Source: Octopus vulgaris (taxonomy: Eukaryota). Taken from it: a stretch of DNA of 64,000 nucleotides. The notes below the pieces were generated by a model. It did no database searches. It was not told where the DNA came from and saw only the letters and a program-made list of their open reading frames with translations. Below, piece by piece: positions 28,830 to 41,590 of this stretch. Each line of letters opens with the position of its first letter. Position 1 is the first letter of the stretch. The stretch covers positions 42,966,001-43,030,000 of the forward strand of contig OX597823.1 in NCBI GenBank assembly GCA_951406725.2. The letters run 5' to 3'. Made by a program: the position numbers and the translations under genes.

Positions 28830-28853
28830 CGATGAAGATGGTGATGGAGGTGG

Positions 28854-28906
<53 letters not shown>

Positions 28907-29170
28907 ATAATGATGATGATGCAGATGCAAAGAAGGAGACAGAGGATGGTGCCGACAATGATGGTGATGGTAGTGGGACTCGTGATGAGGATAATGATGA
29001 TGATGACGACAACAATGACTATGAAGTGGTGGTTTTTGTGGTGGTGGTTTTTGTGGTAGATGTAGTGATAGTTGTGATGGTGGAGATGACGATTAAGATG
29101 ACGGTGATGGAATTTGTTATGTTAGTGATGGTGGAGGACGTGATGGTGATTGTGGTGGAGGAGATGGTAG
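28830..29170. repeat. (GAT)/(GGT) low-complexity tract
   Basis: Seen directly. Confidence 0.9.
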
Positions 29171-29358
29171 CTAAGATGTTGCTTTTGATTTCTTAGATAA
29201 TCAGCAAGCAGCAAATCTCTAAAAGTTGTGTCCAGTTGTTGATTCAATCAACTCTTGTACCATTTAATTACGCTACAATGGGATTTGAACTTAAAATGAT
29301 GTAATTCAATACTGGAGACAATCTAGTCCTCCCAGCAGTGATCAAGTTTAAAGTTTTA

Positions 29359-29398
29359 AATAATAATAATAATAATAATAATAATAGTAATAATAATG

Positions 29399-29459
<61 letters not shown>

Positions 29460-29464
29460 TAATA

Positions 29465-29497
<33 letters not shown>

Positions 29498-29502
29498 CTG
29501 CT

Positions 29503-29533
<31 letters not shown>

Positions 29534-29559
29534 ACGATAATAATAATAATAATAATAAT
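29359..29559. repeat. Compound microsatellite (AAT)-(GAT)-(GCT)-(GAT)-(AAT)
   Basis: Seen directly. Forms the 3' flank of the Tx1 LINE. Confidence 0.97.
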
Positions 29560-29836
29560 CAATTCTTTTTTATTGGCCACAAGGGCTGACACGCATGATT
29601 ACATAAAGGGACAAGACAGGACGAAAGGTTACAAAGGGTTTTGCCGTTTTTTAAAAACATCGAGTAAAAATCTTTATAACAACTTATAAAATTCAACAAT
29701 GAAAAACTCCCAAAAGGGGGAGACGTTTCGAAAGGTTCCTGGTGGAAAAAACCCTACAAAAGCCAACGGGAGCCTGGTCAAAAAAAGGGGGTGTATAGAG
29801 TCCCCTTTCTTCTCCTTTTGTATTACCTTTTTGAAA

Positions 29837-32800
29837 TCACAGGCGAAACCTGAGAACTGGTCCATTTATACAAGCCAGTCTCGCACAATTCACCCACCTT
29901 TCATAAAACTTGCTATCGGACAGCACTTTCCTCTCTAACCTCATCTTCCTTTTCAAGTGAAACTTGAAAAAGTTGATGAGGCCTTGACCAAAGAGGAAAG
30001 TGTCTGTCTTTAGCCCTTTCAAACGAGTCCACCACACGACCTCTTTCGCCACAGCCACTAGGCACAAGAAAACGGCCTCGCCCTCCTTGTTAAAGGAGGT
30101 CGGCGGGGCAATCTTCACTATGGATTCGGCCGATAGTTGGATCCGTCCTATACGTGACAGTAGCTGTTCGACATAAACCCATATTTCAGCAATACTCGGG
30201 CACTGGACGAGTGCGTGCAGAACAGTTTCGTCGTCCTGGCAACACCTCGGGCAGGCCCGGCTGACGGCACTTCCGTGCCGGTAGAGTTTATCTCGAACAG
30301 GCAGAGCCCCTCGGTAGCACTGCCAGGCGAGAGACCTCTGGAAATTATCCATCGGCCCCGGCCCGAAAGTCCTCCCGAACAGACCGCTCAGTTCGTCGTC
30401 TTCAACGCCTAGAGTTTCCCCGAGAACGTCGTCGCATTTTTCCTCCACTAACCCTCTATAGAACGCTAGAGTGGAGCTGTAACCGACCGCATTGCCCGCC
30501 TGGTGGAGGGCGGAGAGGGCTTGACGGCACTCGAGGTGCCAAGCGCCCTTTCTCGGTCTACGTTTGATCCAGGTCTGCAGCTCCGTCAAAGAGACGAGCT
30601 GCGGAAAATCGCGTCTGACAAAAGACGACCACACCTGTTCACCGTCTAGGAAGCGCTTGAGATGCCGCAGCCTGAGCGCATGTCTGCGCAACAGCAACCA
30701 CGGCATTCCAAGGCCTCCGTTCAGCGGTCGTTGACAGCAGATGGATCGCCTGACCAGTGGCACCTGACCCTTCCACAAAAAGTCGAAGAGCAGACGTACC
30801 AGCTTGGCCAACCAGCGGTCGGGATAGGGACGACGGTCAAGCGGTAATAGATGACGGATGCGATGTACGCATTCGCCACCTCCGCTCGACCATTCAGGGA
30901 CAGCTTCCTCTCGGCCCATTTCTGGGTGAGACGTGCCACCCTGCTCGTCACCTCTTCCCAGTTCTTATCCACCTGGAGGTCCGGACCGAACCAGACCCCG
31001 AGCAGTTTAACGGGTCCGTCTGTCCAGCGCCCTACGACGCTGTTGGACGGCATGGGCTTGCCTCTCCAGGTGCCCAGTTGCAAGCCCACAGACTTTTCCG
31101 CGTTAATCTTTGCCCCTCTCACCGCTTCGTACTGGTTTAGCGTCTCGCCAATCAGGCAAATGTGCCTGTGGCTCGACACCACCACGGTGACGTCGTCGGC
31201 ATAAGCAGACACGCTGTTTCCGCCTCCTAGATCGCGCGGGATACCCCTCAAAGCCTCCAACTTGCGCAGTAATGGCTCGAGAGTCAAAATGTACAAGAGG
31301 GAGGAGAGAGGGCATCCTTGGCGGACCGAACGCGAGATGTCGAACGGTTCCGAAAGGTGACCGTTCACCCGTATCACTGAGCAGATGTTGCTGTATAAAG
31401 CAGCGATCCACCCGCGGAAGACTGGACCGAAGCCGGCTGCCCTGAGGACAGCTGCCAGGTACCGATGGTCGACCCTATCGAAGGCTTTACTCTGATCCAA
31501 GTTGATCAAAGCCCCACCCGCGCCAGCGTCGTTACCCACCCTCTCTATGATGTAGCGCATGAGATGGAGGTTGTCGTGTATCGACCTGGTCGGCACGGCG
31601 CATGTCTGCGTCTCGCCGACCAGCTTATCCACGACAAGCGCCAATCTCTTGGCTAGCACCTTGGCCAAAATCTTCAACTCTGCATTGAGCAGAGTGATGG
31701 GCCGGAAATTCCCTATAACGTCCCCCTTGTTTGGGTCCTTCTTTAGCAAAGCCACCACCCCTCGACAGACAAAAGCAGGAATTCTCCCGTTTTGCTGCCA
31801 GTTGCAGTAGACGTTTGCCAACAGGTCCGCAAACAAGTCTGGCATTGAAAAGTAAAGCTCGTAGGGCAGACCATCCAAACCCGGCGATCTACCTCTCGTG
31901 CAACTCTTCATCGCTTCCTGTACTTCCCAGGCAGATATCGGTCCTTCGCAGCACTCTGCCTCGCTGTCCGAGAGTTGCGGCAGTCCGTCCAGGTACACAC
32001 CGAAGTCTGTACCGTTGGTGTCCGTTCCACCGCTCGTCCCAAACAGTTGAGCAAACTGCCGCTGAAGCACCGTACACATCTGCTTCGGTTGGGTAACCTC
32101 GCGCCCGTTCTGGTCCACCAAAGACCGAATGGTTGCTCTGTTGCCTCGCTTCGCCTCCGCCACGCGGGCCCATCGAGCGGCTCTAGTCCCCTCCCCGCTT
32201 AGCGAACGTGCCTTAGCTCTGACAACGCAGCCTTCGTGTTTGGCGTCGAAGTGTTGGTCGAGGGCCAACCTTGCCGCCAACACGTCGGTCGCGATGCCAG
32301 TGTCAAGAGCCTCGTCTAGTTTCTTAACTAAATCCCGCTCTCTCTTCCTACGTTCAATAGCTAGAGTCTTACTATACCTAATCGACTCTACTCTAATTGC
32401 TCTCTTGAGGGCAAACCACCAGTTGTTGTTGATGATTGCCCCCGTGAGCGCCCGCTTAACTAGTAAACTAATCCGGTCTCTGTAAGCTTTGCACGCCGTT
32501 AACGACGCGTTCAGCTTCCAGTAGCCGGGTCCCTGTCTATGTAGCCTATCTAAGTCGACCGTACAGATCACTAATTTGTGGTCCGTATATTCGACTAGGT
32601 GGAATTGTGGACACCCTACGCTGTCCTTATCCGCTGGCCTACAAAACACTCTATCTAAGTACGATCTAGACGACCCGATGCGGTTTGTCCAAGTCCACAT
32701 TGGCACATTCGGGTTGTCTAGTCGAAACCTGTCGGACAGCTGAAAGCGGCCGAGTAGGTTGGCGAGGCTCTTGCACCCTCCCCCTCTCCTATCAGACGCT

Positions 32801-33232
32801 CCCCTGCCCACCCGATCGAAACGTTCGTCTAAGACAGCGTTCCAATCCCCAACTAGTACTAGAGTGCGTGACGTTCCCAGGAAAACTTCCAGACGTTTGA
32901 AATAATCCGACTGCCCTGCTCCTGTCGGAGCGTAGGCAGCCAGCAGTCTGAAAGCACCGCCGTCACTACCGTCGACGTCGAGGACCACCAACTTACCTTC
33001 CGGATCCAAGAAGACTGTCCTTATTTTCAGGTCCAGGCCCTTCCGAAACAACACCGCAGTACCACCACCGCCCGCTCCCGGCCGACACGGAGATAGAAAT
33101 ATCTCGTATCCGCCGAAAAAGGGCTGCGAGTACATCCACATCATGAAACCTCAGGTCGTTTAACAGGTGACCCTGTTTCCAAGGTGACCCGAGGCCTCTC
33201 ACATTCAAGCAACCGATTCTAAGATTTGCCAT
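29837..33232 (-). pseudogene. LINE ORF2 (APE endonuclease, reverse transcriptase, C-terminal zinc finger); two frameshifts
   Basis: CLNVRGL, LVGDWN, YLDRVF, TDHK, SPGLDG, FRPITLLN, DQSKAFDRV, QGCPLS, YADD and CPRC..ETVLHALVQC. Shifts at ~33130 and ~30825. Confidence 0.93.
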
Positions 33233-33271
33233 GTTTCAAAAGTTAGGGGAAAAAAAAGGAGAAAAAAGGCT

Positions 33272-35154
33272 CTACTTACTGTTGTTGGTGGTGGGGGTGG
33301 CTCCCTTGTGCTTTTGCACGAGTGCTTCAATAATATTTTTGTAAAGTTTCTTCGAGAAACTTTTCCTTAACGATCCCACATCGTTAGGGAATATTTGTTT
33401 TATTTCGTTGTAAACTGTTTTGTTTATTTTTATTGTGAGAATGTGTGCTGGTGGTGTGTTGTGTGTAGGTATTATGAAATCTGTAATATTTGTGCTTGTT
33501 TTGTTTTTCAAATACTCAACCAGTTTTTGGTTTCTTGTATTCACTGCTGTAATCGTGTCTGTAATTGTGTCTGTGTTTGTTTGTGTCTGTGGTAGTGGCA
33601 GTAGTGGTGTCGAAAGTGTTGTTGTTGTTGTTGTTTGTTGTTGTGAGTGTGTGTTGTTGTTGATGTTGTTGTTGATGTTGGGAAGTACTATTTGTTCGTG
33701 TTTCCCCTGTAAATCTTTTTGTTTTTTCCTCCTTTTCTTTTTTGGAGGCACTATGTTCCATTCTCCTTTGTTGGAATCAGAGCTCGCACAATCCGAGATC
33801 TCTTCATCCGGCAAAGGAATGGTTGAGGGGTCTGCTTCAGTAGCAGGACGAAAAGTTTTTGGTTCCACCGGTATCGGTGGTGCCGCTGCTCCTGTTACTG
33901 TTGATGTCGCTGCTGTCGACCTTCGAGGTACTGGTGTCGGTGTTGGTTTGGTGGTGGTTGTCGGTGTTGGTTTGGTGGTGGTTGTTGTTGTTGGAGGTGG
34001 TGTTGTTCGTCTTGGTGCTGGTGTTGGTGATGGTGTTGGTGGTGTGGCAGCCTTTGGTGTTTCTTGCTGTTTTTGTTGTTTCTGTTGTTGTTGCTTGTGT
34101 TGTTGTTGTTGTTGTTGTTGTTGTTGCTGCCTCTTGCTATACTCCTCCATTCTCTTTTTTTGAATGGGGCAGTCCCTTTTCAGGTGGCTTTCGCTACTGC
34201 AGAGGAAACATTTTGGCTTTCGCCCCTCTACAGTAACATTTAGCCTGGTCCCATCCAGTAAGATGACAAAGTCAGGTATGGCATTGATGTTTTCCTGCTG
34301 GATCTGTACCAGCAGTTGAATACCCATGCCTGACCAGTTCTTTTCTCGTACCCTCCGAACATTCAGAATAGTGGCAGTGTCCTCTATGCCATAGAGGACA
34401 GCCGCCACTAGCCATGAGATTTTCTGTTCGGGGGGTATTGTGCTTATAGTTATTTTTTGTACCTTACGCCCGAGGTACGTCGGGACGAGGAACAAATGTT
34501 CATTTTGCAAGGGCGAAATGGCGTTCGCCCTTGCAAGCTCCTCTGTTGGGAAGCGAACCTCCACGGTTCCAAATCGCTTCCCTCTTGTCACATAGCTCTT
34601 CTGGCCCCAAATGGGCTTCAGAGCCATCTCTAACTGTTGTGGTGTGGCGTTAAACAATCTTTTAGTTTTCTTTTCGAAAACTTTATAAAAGATTGTTCTT
34701 TTGTTTGTCTCTTGTGTGAGTTGTTGAGGTGTGTTGAGGAAAACACTGTTTCCCTCCTTTCTCAACAAATCTTGTGCCATTTTTATGTCCTCCATTGTTA
34801 TTTCTACATCTTCCGAAATTTGCTTCGCAGCAGAAGCAAAATCGTTAGAGACTTTTACATTTTTTTGTTGGTTCTTGTCTGTGTTTGTGTCTGTTATAAG
34901 TTTCTTTTCCTCCCCCTTCGGTACAGCATCACTTGTTGAAGGCAGAGGGGGAAATCAAGAGTGACGTCGAACGCGACGTCCTGACTAGCATTCTCCTTTC
35001 GAACGGTGCGCGTGCTTTCCGTTTCGGAAGGAGGAGCTCTGTTGCCTTTTACGGCTTGAAATGGGTTGTACGTAACCCGTGACGTTGTTTTTTGTTCTTG
35101 TGGAGGGGGTGTTGTAAGAAGGAGGGAAGAGCCAGCAGCTCGTTTTAAAGCCAT
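33272..35154 (-). pseudogene. LINE ORF1 (gag-like, CCHC zinc knuckle); one frameshift near 34950
   Basis: CFLCSSESHLKRDC knuckle and Q/T/P-rich tail. The upstream MALKR ORF joins the 507-aa ORF if one base is added at the G-run near 34948-34952. Confidence 0.8.
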
Positions 35155-35373
35155 TTTGTAAATGTGTGTGTGCAAAAAAATGTCAATTTCAATGTAATAA
35201 ACAGCAATTTCACCCCTAAGGGGCAAAATTTCGCCCAACCGACGAGCTCCGCAAGAAGCCGGTCGGTTTGGCTACAAAAATATTAAAAAATATTCAAACT
35301 TATTAAAAAATTTCCAATAAAATTGGCACAAAACTCACAGAGCTGATTCACGTACGTCCATCGGCGTCGGAAA

Positions 35374-35374
<1 letters not shown>

Positions 35375-35448
<74 letters not shown>
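35375..35448. repeat. (AAT)n microsatellite
   Basis: Seen directly. Forms the 5' flank of the Tx1 LINE. Confidence 0.98.
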
Positions 35449-35449
<1 letters not shown>

Positions 35450-35990
35450 CAGGCATTGGCTCTCGTAGCTTCTGATCTTAACTGATTAGAAGTGTTATCA
35501 AGTACATTGTATTGTCTTGGTATAAAAGGTGGGATACAGCAAATATTCTGCTCAATACCACAGATTTGCTTGTCACTTGTTTGACCTTAACCAGTTGAGC
35601 ATGTCTCTTAGTGGCTGACGATATGTACATCTCTGATCACGAGCAGAAGTAGTGGGGGAGCATCATAGTCATGTGTTGAGAGGGATTCTTTGGGGTTTGA
35701 ATATTTCGCCTCTGGAAACATGGGTGTTTCGTTCAACACTCTTAAACAACCTTTATTCAGGGACCTTTTGAGCAGGATGGGTTACTCGACCAGAAGAAAA
35801 TTCTAACTGGGCCCCACCTGCAAGGTCATGGGTTGTTTATCTTGATATGAGATCACCATGCCGCGCACATATGGTTGTGATGCATGTGCCTAATGTGCCC
35901 TTATAAGACGGGTAGTCATGATGGGTATACTGGGCTTCGTATATTTTACCCCAGTGTCACTTTGATGGCATGCACTGCCCTCTCACTCAA
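35449..35990. repeat. ~530-bp interspersed repeat bounded by (AAT)n, copy 2
   Basis: Aligns with 27468-27998. Confidence 0.85.
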
Positions 35991-36079
35991 TATTAATAAT
36001 AATAACTATCTGGACCCATGAAAAATTCACGGAAAACATAAAAAATGTAAGCATCTGTAAACAGTATACTGGTGTCATG

Positions 36080-36230
36080 AGAAATATTTGCATATTATGA
36101 CCGTCTGTTTTTACGTTCTGAGTTCAAATTCTGCCGAAGTCGACTCTACATTTCGTCCTTTCGGAGTCGATAAATTAAGTGTCAGTTGTGTACTGGGGTC
36201 GATCTAATTCGTACAAACATTTTAGGCCTT
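36080..36230 (+). mobile_element. Family A SINE fragment
   Basis: ttacgttctgagttcaaattctgccgaagtcgac...ggggtcgat. Confidence 0.75.
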
Positions 36231-36419
36231 GAAAAGTATATTGTGACAGTTTCAGAATATAGAAAGTGATGTAACACCAATGACTGTATAATCCAACCAA
36301 AATATCTCAGTTACACAAACTTAAACGGAATTACTATTCAACCTTAAAATACATCGTACATATTCAAAGAATCTACTTGGTTTAGTGGCACGGAATGTTT
36401 TTCTGGTATTTTTTTATTC

Positions 36420-36690
36420 TTTTATCTGTTTCATTCAGTCATTTGACGGTGGCCATGCTGGAGCTCACCACTTCAGTCGAAGAAATTGACCCCTGGACCT
36501 TTTCCCTGTAAACCTGGTGTTTATTCTATCAGTCTTTTCTGCTGAACGGCTAAATTATAGGGACGCAAACACACCAACATCGGTTGTCAAGCAATGATGG
36601 TAGTGGTGGTGGTGGTGGTGGTGGTGGTGGTGGTGGGACAAACACAGACAAAAGCACACATACATACATACATAAACACATACATATATT
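36420..36690 (-). mobile_element. Family D SINE 3' portion
   Basis: Matches 40050-40280. Confidence 0.7.
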
Positions 36691-36859
36691 TGACGGCCTT
36701 GGAGGAAGTTATGATGCTGGCTGGTGCGATTTTGTGGTTTGCTGGTATACTGAGAGAGATCAGCGGGCCCCTAACTGGTTTTCAGATATTAGAGGTGTAA
36801 TGTGGATGGGTAATGATGGAGCGGCTGGTGTGGTAGTGATGCTAGGTGGTGCGGTGATC

Positions 36860-37560
36860 TTCCTCACAGTACTTCATTGTAGACAATATTTTGTGTGTAT
36901 GTCACACCACGTTTTGGCTTTGTCTGTTATCCCAACTGAGTGTCATAACTCTTACTTTGATATTGTTCATAGCCCATGCTCTTGAAAATGCGACATATAA
37001 TTGGCCGTGAGAAAATACCGGTTGAGACAAATGTATTCCAATCTTTTCAAATGTTTGTCCTTGAGCCTTATTAATTGTCATTGAATATGCAAGTCGAATT
37101 GGAAGCTGAAGTCTGTTTAGTGTGAATGGCATATTTGCATCACTTGGCCTATGTTTGATTCTGGGAATTAGAACTGTACGATCTCTGTTGGAGCCTGTTA
37201 CCAATGATGCCTCTACACAATGTTCATGAAGTCTTTGCACTTTCATGCGAGTTCCATTACATAATCCTTGACTGATCGAAAAATGTCTTAGCAGTATTAC
37301 AATAGTCCCTACTTTGAAGTTTAGGCGATGAGGAGGCATACCGGAGGGAGTGAGTTTATGAATTCAAATGGATAGTTCTGAACCTCCTCTTCATTAATGG
37401 AGGACACTGAATCTGTGCTTAAGTATGTTTTAAGTGCCTCTGCTATAATATTAAGAACTTTTTCATTTATTGCAAGACAGTTAGAATTTATAGGAGATAA
37501 AATTACTCGCTTTTCCACTTCTTCTGGCATGCATGCAATGTTGAAAATTTCTGGGTACAA
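36860..37560 (-). mobile_element. Helitron PIF1-like helicase C-terminal fragment
   Basis: YPFEFINSL/MPPHRLNFKVG..GLCNGTR..IPRI..QLPIRLAYSMTINKAQGQT..FSHGQLYVAFSR, with one frameshift. Confidence 0.9.
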
Positions 37561-38076
37561 TTGTACAAATTGAAATGCAAAAGAACAAAATAATAAATGG
37601 ATTCATGAATGAAAGTTTGGTAACTGCGTTTATCTCCACCACGTGACACTTATTATTTCAAACATGTTTTAACGAACTTATACTATACACGCACACACTC
37701 AAATACATTGAAATATATATATATATATATATTCGAGTTGTAGCTGTAATTCAAAGGGACTAGCCTTGTCATATTCTGTGTGAGGCTGAATCTCCCTGAG
37801 AACTACGTTAATGTTATGCATGTCTGTGGGGTACTCAGCCATTTCTGAGTTAATTTTATCCTCGTGTAGTAATGAAAAGGGAAATTGACAGTCAATATTT
37901 GCTGTGTCTATGTATCTATAATTTTTTCTTTGGATTTATGTATCTACTGTCTCTCTCACTTTTTCTCTTTCACTTTCACTTACTTTGTGTCACTCTTCTC
38001 TGCCGCATTTGACTTAACAATGTGTATATGCATCTCTTGCGATGGGATAAAGATTTAAACACACAAAACTTTGACT

Positions 38077-39013
38077 AATATCATTTTGGGATCGATGAAA
38101 TAAGTTCTGGCTGCGCAATCGATAGATGTAATCGACTAGTTACTACTCTCCCAATTGAGGGTCTTGTAGAAAAGACTATTCTCATTAGTTTTTTTCTTCC
38201 TCCAATTTCGTTTCTATTTTTGCCATGTGTTTTCCCGACCCCTAGAACAAAGAAACTCACTGAATATATTGAATGACCATTAAAATAAACTCTCCAGATT
38301 ATTATCAATAATATTAATACGCTAACGTTTTTGGTTTTGTACGTATCTGTTGTGTGCGTCACACCTCTTTGAAGTGACAATGCGAGAGAGAAGAGGACAG
38401 AGAGAAAGTAAGAGAAAAGAGAGAGAGAGAAAGTGAGAGAGTGAGAGAGAAAGAGAGAGAGTGGAAGAGACATCGAGTGGTGACGACGTTCGTTTTAAAT
38501 GCTTCAGAGAAGACGTCACCACTCACTGTCGCTCTCACTTTCTCACTTTTCATCTCACACTCTTACTCTCTTACGTTTTCTTTGAAGCATTTAAAAACAC
38601 AAAATGAACGCCGTCACCACTCACTGTCTTTTTCACTCTCTCTCTTTCTCTCTCACTCTCTCACTTTCTCTCTCTTTTCTCTTACTTCCTCTCTGTCCTC
38701 CTCTCTCTCGTTTGTCACTTCAAAGAAGTGTGACGCACACAACAGGTACGTACAAAACCAAAAAAGTTAGCGCATTAATATCATTGATAATAATCTGGTG
38801 AGTTTATTTTAATGGTCTATCAATGTATTCGGTGAGTTTCTTTGTCCAAGGTGTCGGGAAAACACTTGGCAAAAAATAGAAACGAAATTGGAGGAAGAAG
38901 AAAAATAATGATAATAAACTTTTCTACAAGACCTACATTTAGTAGAGTAGGAGCTAGTCGATTACATCTATCGATTGCGCAGCTAGAACTTATTTCATCT
39001 ATCTCAAAATGAT
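38077..39013. repeat. Large imperfect inverted duplication (~430-bp arms)
   Basis: 38077-38510 mirrors about 38580-39013. Opposite-strand ORFs share peptides such as VTHTTxTYKTK. Confidence 0.88.
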
Positions 39014-39163
39014 AACAGTCAAAGTCGACCTCGACAGAATTCGAACATTAGAATGAAAGGTAAGGAGAAATGCCGCAAAGTATTTTGTCCTGCTTTCTAA
39101 TGAATCAACCAGCTCTCCCGTAAATATATATATATGTGCGTGTGTGTTTCTTTGTGTGTATGT

Positions 39164-39230
<67 letters not shown>

Positions 39231-39547
39231 CGTGTGTGTGTGTGTGCGTGTGCATATCAATTTGATTTGGATATTACCTTTGTATCTTGTTTTAGAAAGC
39301 CCCTCTACGGTTATTGGATATAGGACAATTTTGCAACGAAAAGTGATCGCATTATTGATGATACATGTAAATCATGAATATATGTCTCCTTATGTGTGTC
39401 CATGTGTACTGTATAATCTTTTAAGTAAATGGTAATTTTTAATTTTAACTTCGTATATGATATTGATTATCGAATTAATATTATGTGTGTGTATCTGTAT
39501 ATATATATATACATATGTCTACACATAGACATACATACACACACAGA

Positions 39548-39625
<78 letters not shown>

Positions 39626-39849
39626 TACATAGAATTTAGAGGAATGGAAAGTGATTTCTCGTTTCTTAATCATTCTACTTAATTCTAATTTACTAGGTTT
39701 ATTAATTGACTTATTTTTCCAATAAATCATTTCCAGATGGAAGACATCTATAAATTAACACTGAATAAAGATAGCATTATCAGACTAAACACTCGTGGTT
39801 TGACTTCCTAAGGACTTCCGTAGGTGAGATACTAGTCTGTTGGTTCCAA

Positions 39850-40032
39850 TATTTTGGCACAAAGGTAACAATTTCAGATGTGGCGAGTTTGTTACACCAA
39901 CTCCAGTGCTTGACTGGTATTTATTTTATTGATCCTGAAAGGATGAGAGGCAAAGTAGACGCCAGTGGCATTTAACCTCAGAACATTAAAGACAAACGTA
40001 ATGAGGCTAAGCATTTTGCCCGGCGTGCTAAC
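39850..40032 (-). mobile_element. Degenerate family A SINE
   Basis: actggtattta...ctgaaaggatgagaggcaaagtagac...ttttgcccggcgtgctaac. Confidence 0.7.
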
Positions 40033-40037
40033 TATAC

Positions 40038-40445
40038 TCTTTTACTCTTTTACTTGTTTCAGTCATTTGACTGCGGCCATGCTGGAGCACCGCCTTTAGT
40101 CGAGCAAATCGACCCCGGGACTTATTCTTTGTAAGCCCAGTACTTATTCTATCGGTCTCTTTTTGCCGAACCGCTAAGTGACGGGGACGTAAACACACCA
40201 GCATCGGTTGTCAAGCAATGCTAGGGGGACAAACACAGACACACAAACACACACATATATATATATATATACATATATACGACAGGCTTCTTTCAGTTTC
40301 CGTCTACCAAATCCACTCACAAGGCATTGGTCGGCCCGGGGCTATAGCAGAAGACACTTGCCCAAGATTCCACGCAGTGGGACTGAACCCGGAACCATGT
40401 GGTTGGTTAGCAAGCTACTTACCACACAGCCACTCCTGCGCCTAT
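40038..40445 (-). mobile_element. Full-length family D SINE
   Basis: Reverse complement of 20410-20790. Confidence 0.9.
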
Positions 40446-40619
40446 ATTAAGATTTTATTGTGCTTAAGATTCTGTATGTATCAAAAGAATAGAACGACCC
40501 TAGACTTCCTTTTGCATTTTCTCTATCGTAGGTAAAAAAGCATGCTCGTTTCTGACCGAAATCTCACTACAATGAAACTATCAATTCAGCTATATTCATA
40601 GTTGTAGCATATTTTATGC

Positions 40620-41080
40620 CCACAGAAAACAAGCAAACAAACCCGATTGAAAACAATACCTTCGCCTTCGCTAAGGCTGAAATAATAATAATAATGATAA
40701 GAATACTCAGAGAGCACAAACCTCCATCAAGGCAACACGAGCGTCGTCTCAATGATCAGCCAGTCACGACTTTTAAAATGAGAATATCTGAAATAAACTC
40801 GACTGCACTCACAAACGCGAATACTAAAAGTGAATCCGACCGCTCTCAAAATTTAAATATAAAACCGGAAAAATAATCCAGAATCCTTGTTCAGTATCGG
40901 ATCGATCCAAAAATCTAATCAGTTTGTGCTAGTAACGACGCGAAACATCTCTGAAAGTTTCATCCGAATCCATTGAGCGGTTCTTGAGATATCTTGTCCA
41001 AAGACTAACAAACAACCAACCAAACAGACAAACACGACTGAAAAACAATACCTCCGCCTTCGGTAAGGCGGAGGTAATAA
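40620..41080 (+). mobile_element. Helentron-associated non-autonomous element (HINE/DINE-like)
   Basis: Terminal hairpin acctccgcc-ttcggtaa-ggcggaggt (41050-41075) after a (caaa/caac) microsatellite. A decayed duplicate of this end lies at 40630-40685. Confidence 0.65.
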
Positions 41081-41537
41081 ATAAATCATTCATCGTATTG
41101 CTGTAATAATTACTACAGTATTATAGTGGATATTTTTTGTCATCATTAATCATTATTTCCTTTTACCATCTTCAATTAATCGATTATTTTAAAGTTTATT
41201 TATACTACAAGAGAACATATTAATAAAGCATAAGAGTGTAACAAAAGTATTTATAACATCTTTTACATTCTAAATATTACGTAGAAAAATACAATAACAA
41301 CTTTGATCCTATTTCAATATAACTAAATGGAGACAAAGTACGCAGTAGTGCCAAAGGATATCTTCTGTTTTGAGATATAGAAGTAGAATGAAAAATGCGC
41401 GTTGGCAAAATATAGATCAGTCACGTGATGGGCGGAAGAGTGTTTTTCCTTTCATTTTATTTGCTTTTCTTGTTTTATGAAGTGAATTGTTTGATTTTAC
41501 AGTGATAAGAAACGTTTGTGATATGTGTGTGTGTGTG

Positions 41538-41590
<53 letters not shown>

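Larger units (their letters stand above)
29560..35374 (-). mobile_element. Near full-length L1/Tx1-type non-LTR retrotransposon (5.8 kb)
   Basis: 5' UTR, gag-like ORF1, EN-RT ORF2 and 3' UTR with AATAAA at 29569-29574 (minus). (ATT)n on both flanks. ORF2 is far more GC-rich than the surroundings. Confidence 0.93.

Noticed and set aside
28777-29196. Acidic 139-aa ORF
   Set aside because: Produced by a (GAT)/(GGT) low-complexity tract.
30215-34964. Plus-strand ORFs over the LINE (e.g. 33420-34163)
   Set aside because: Antisense shadows of GC-rich or low-complexity LINE coding sequence.
36902-37339. Host PIF1 helicase gene
   Set aside because: Intronless, frameshifted and truncated, with Helitron-type motifs.
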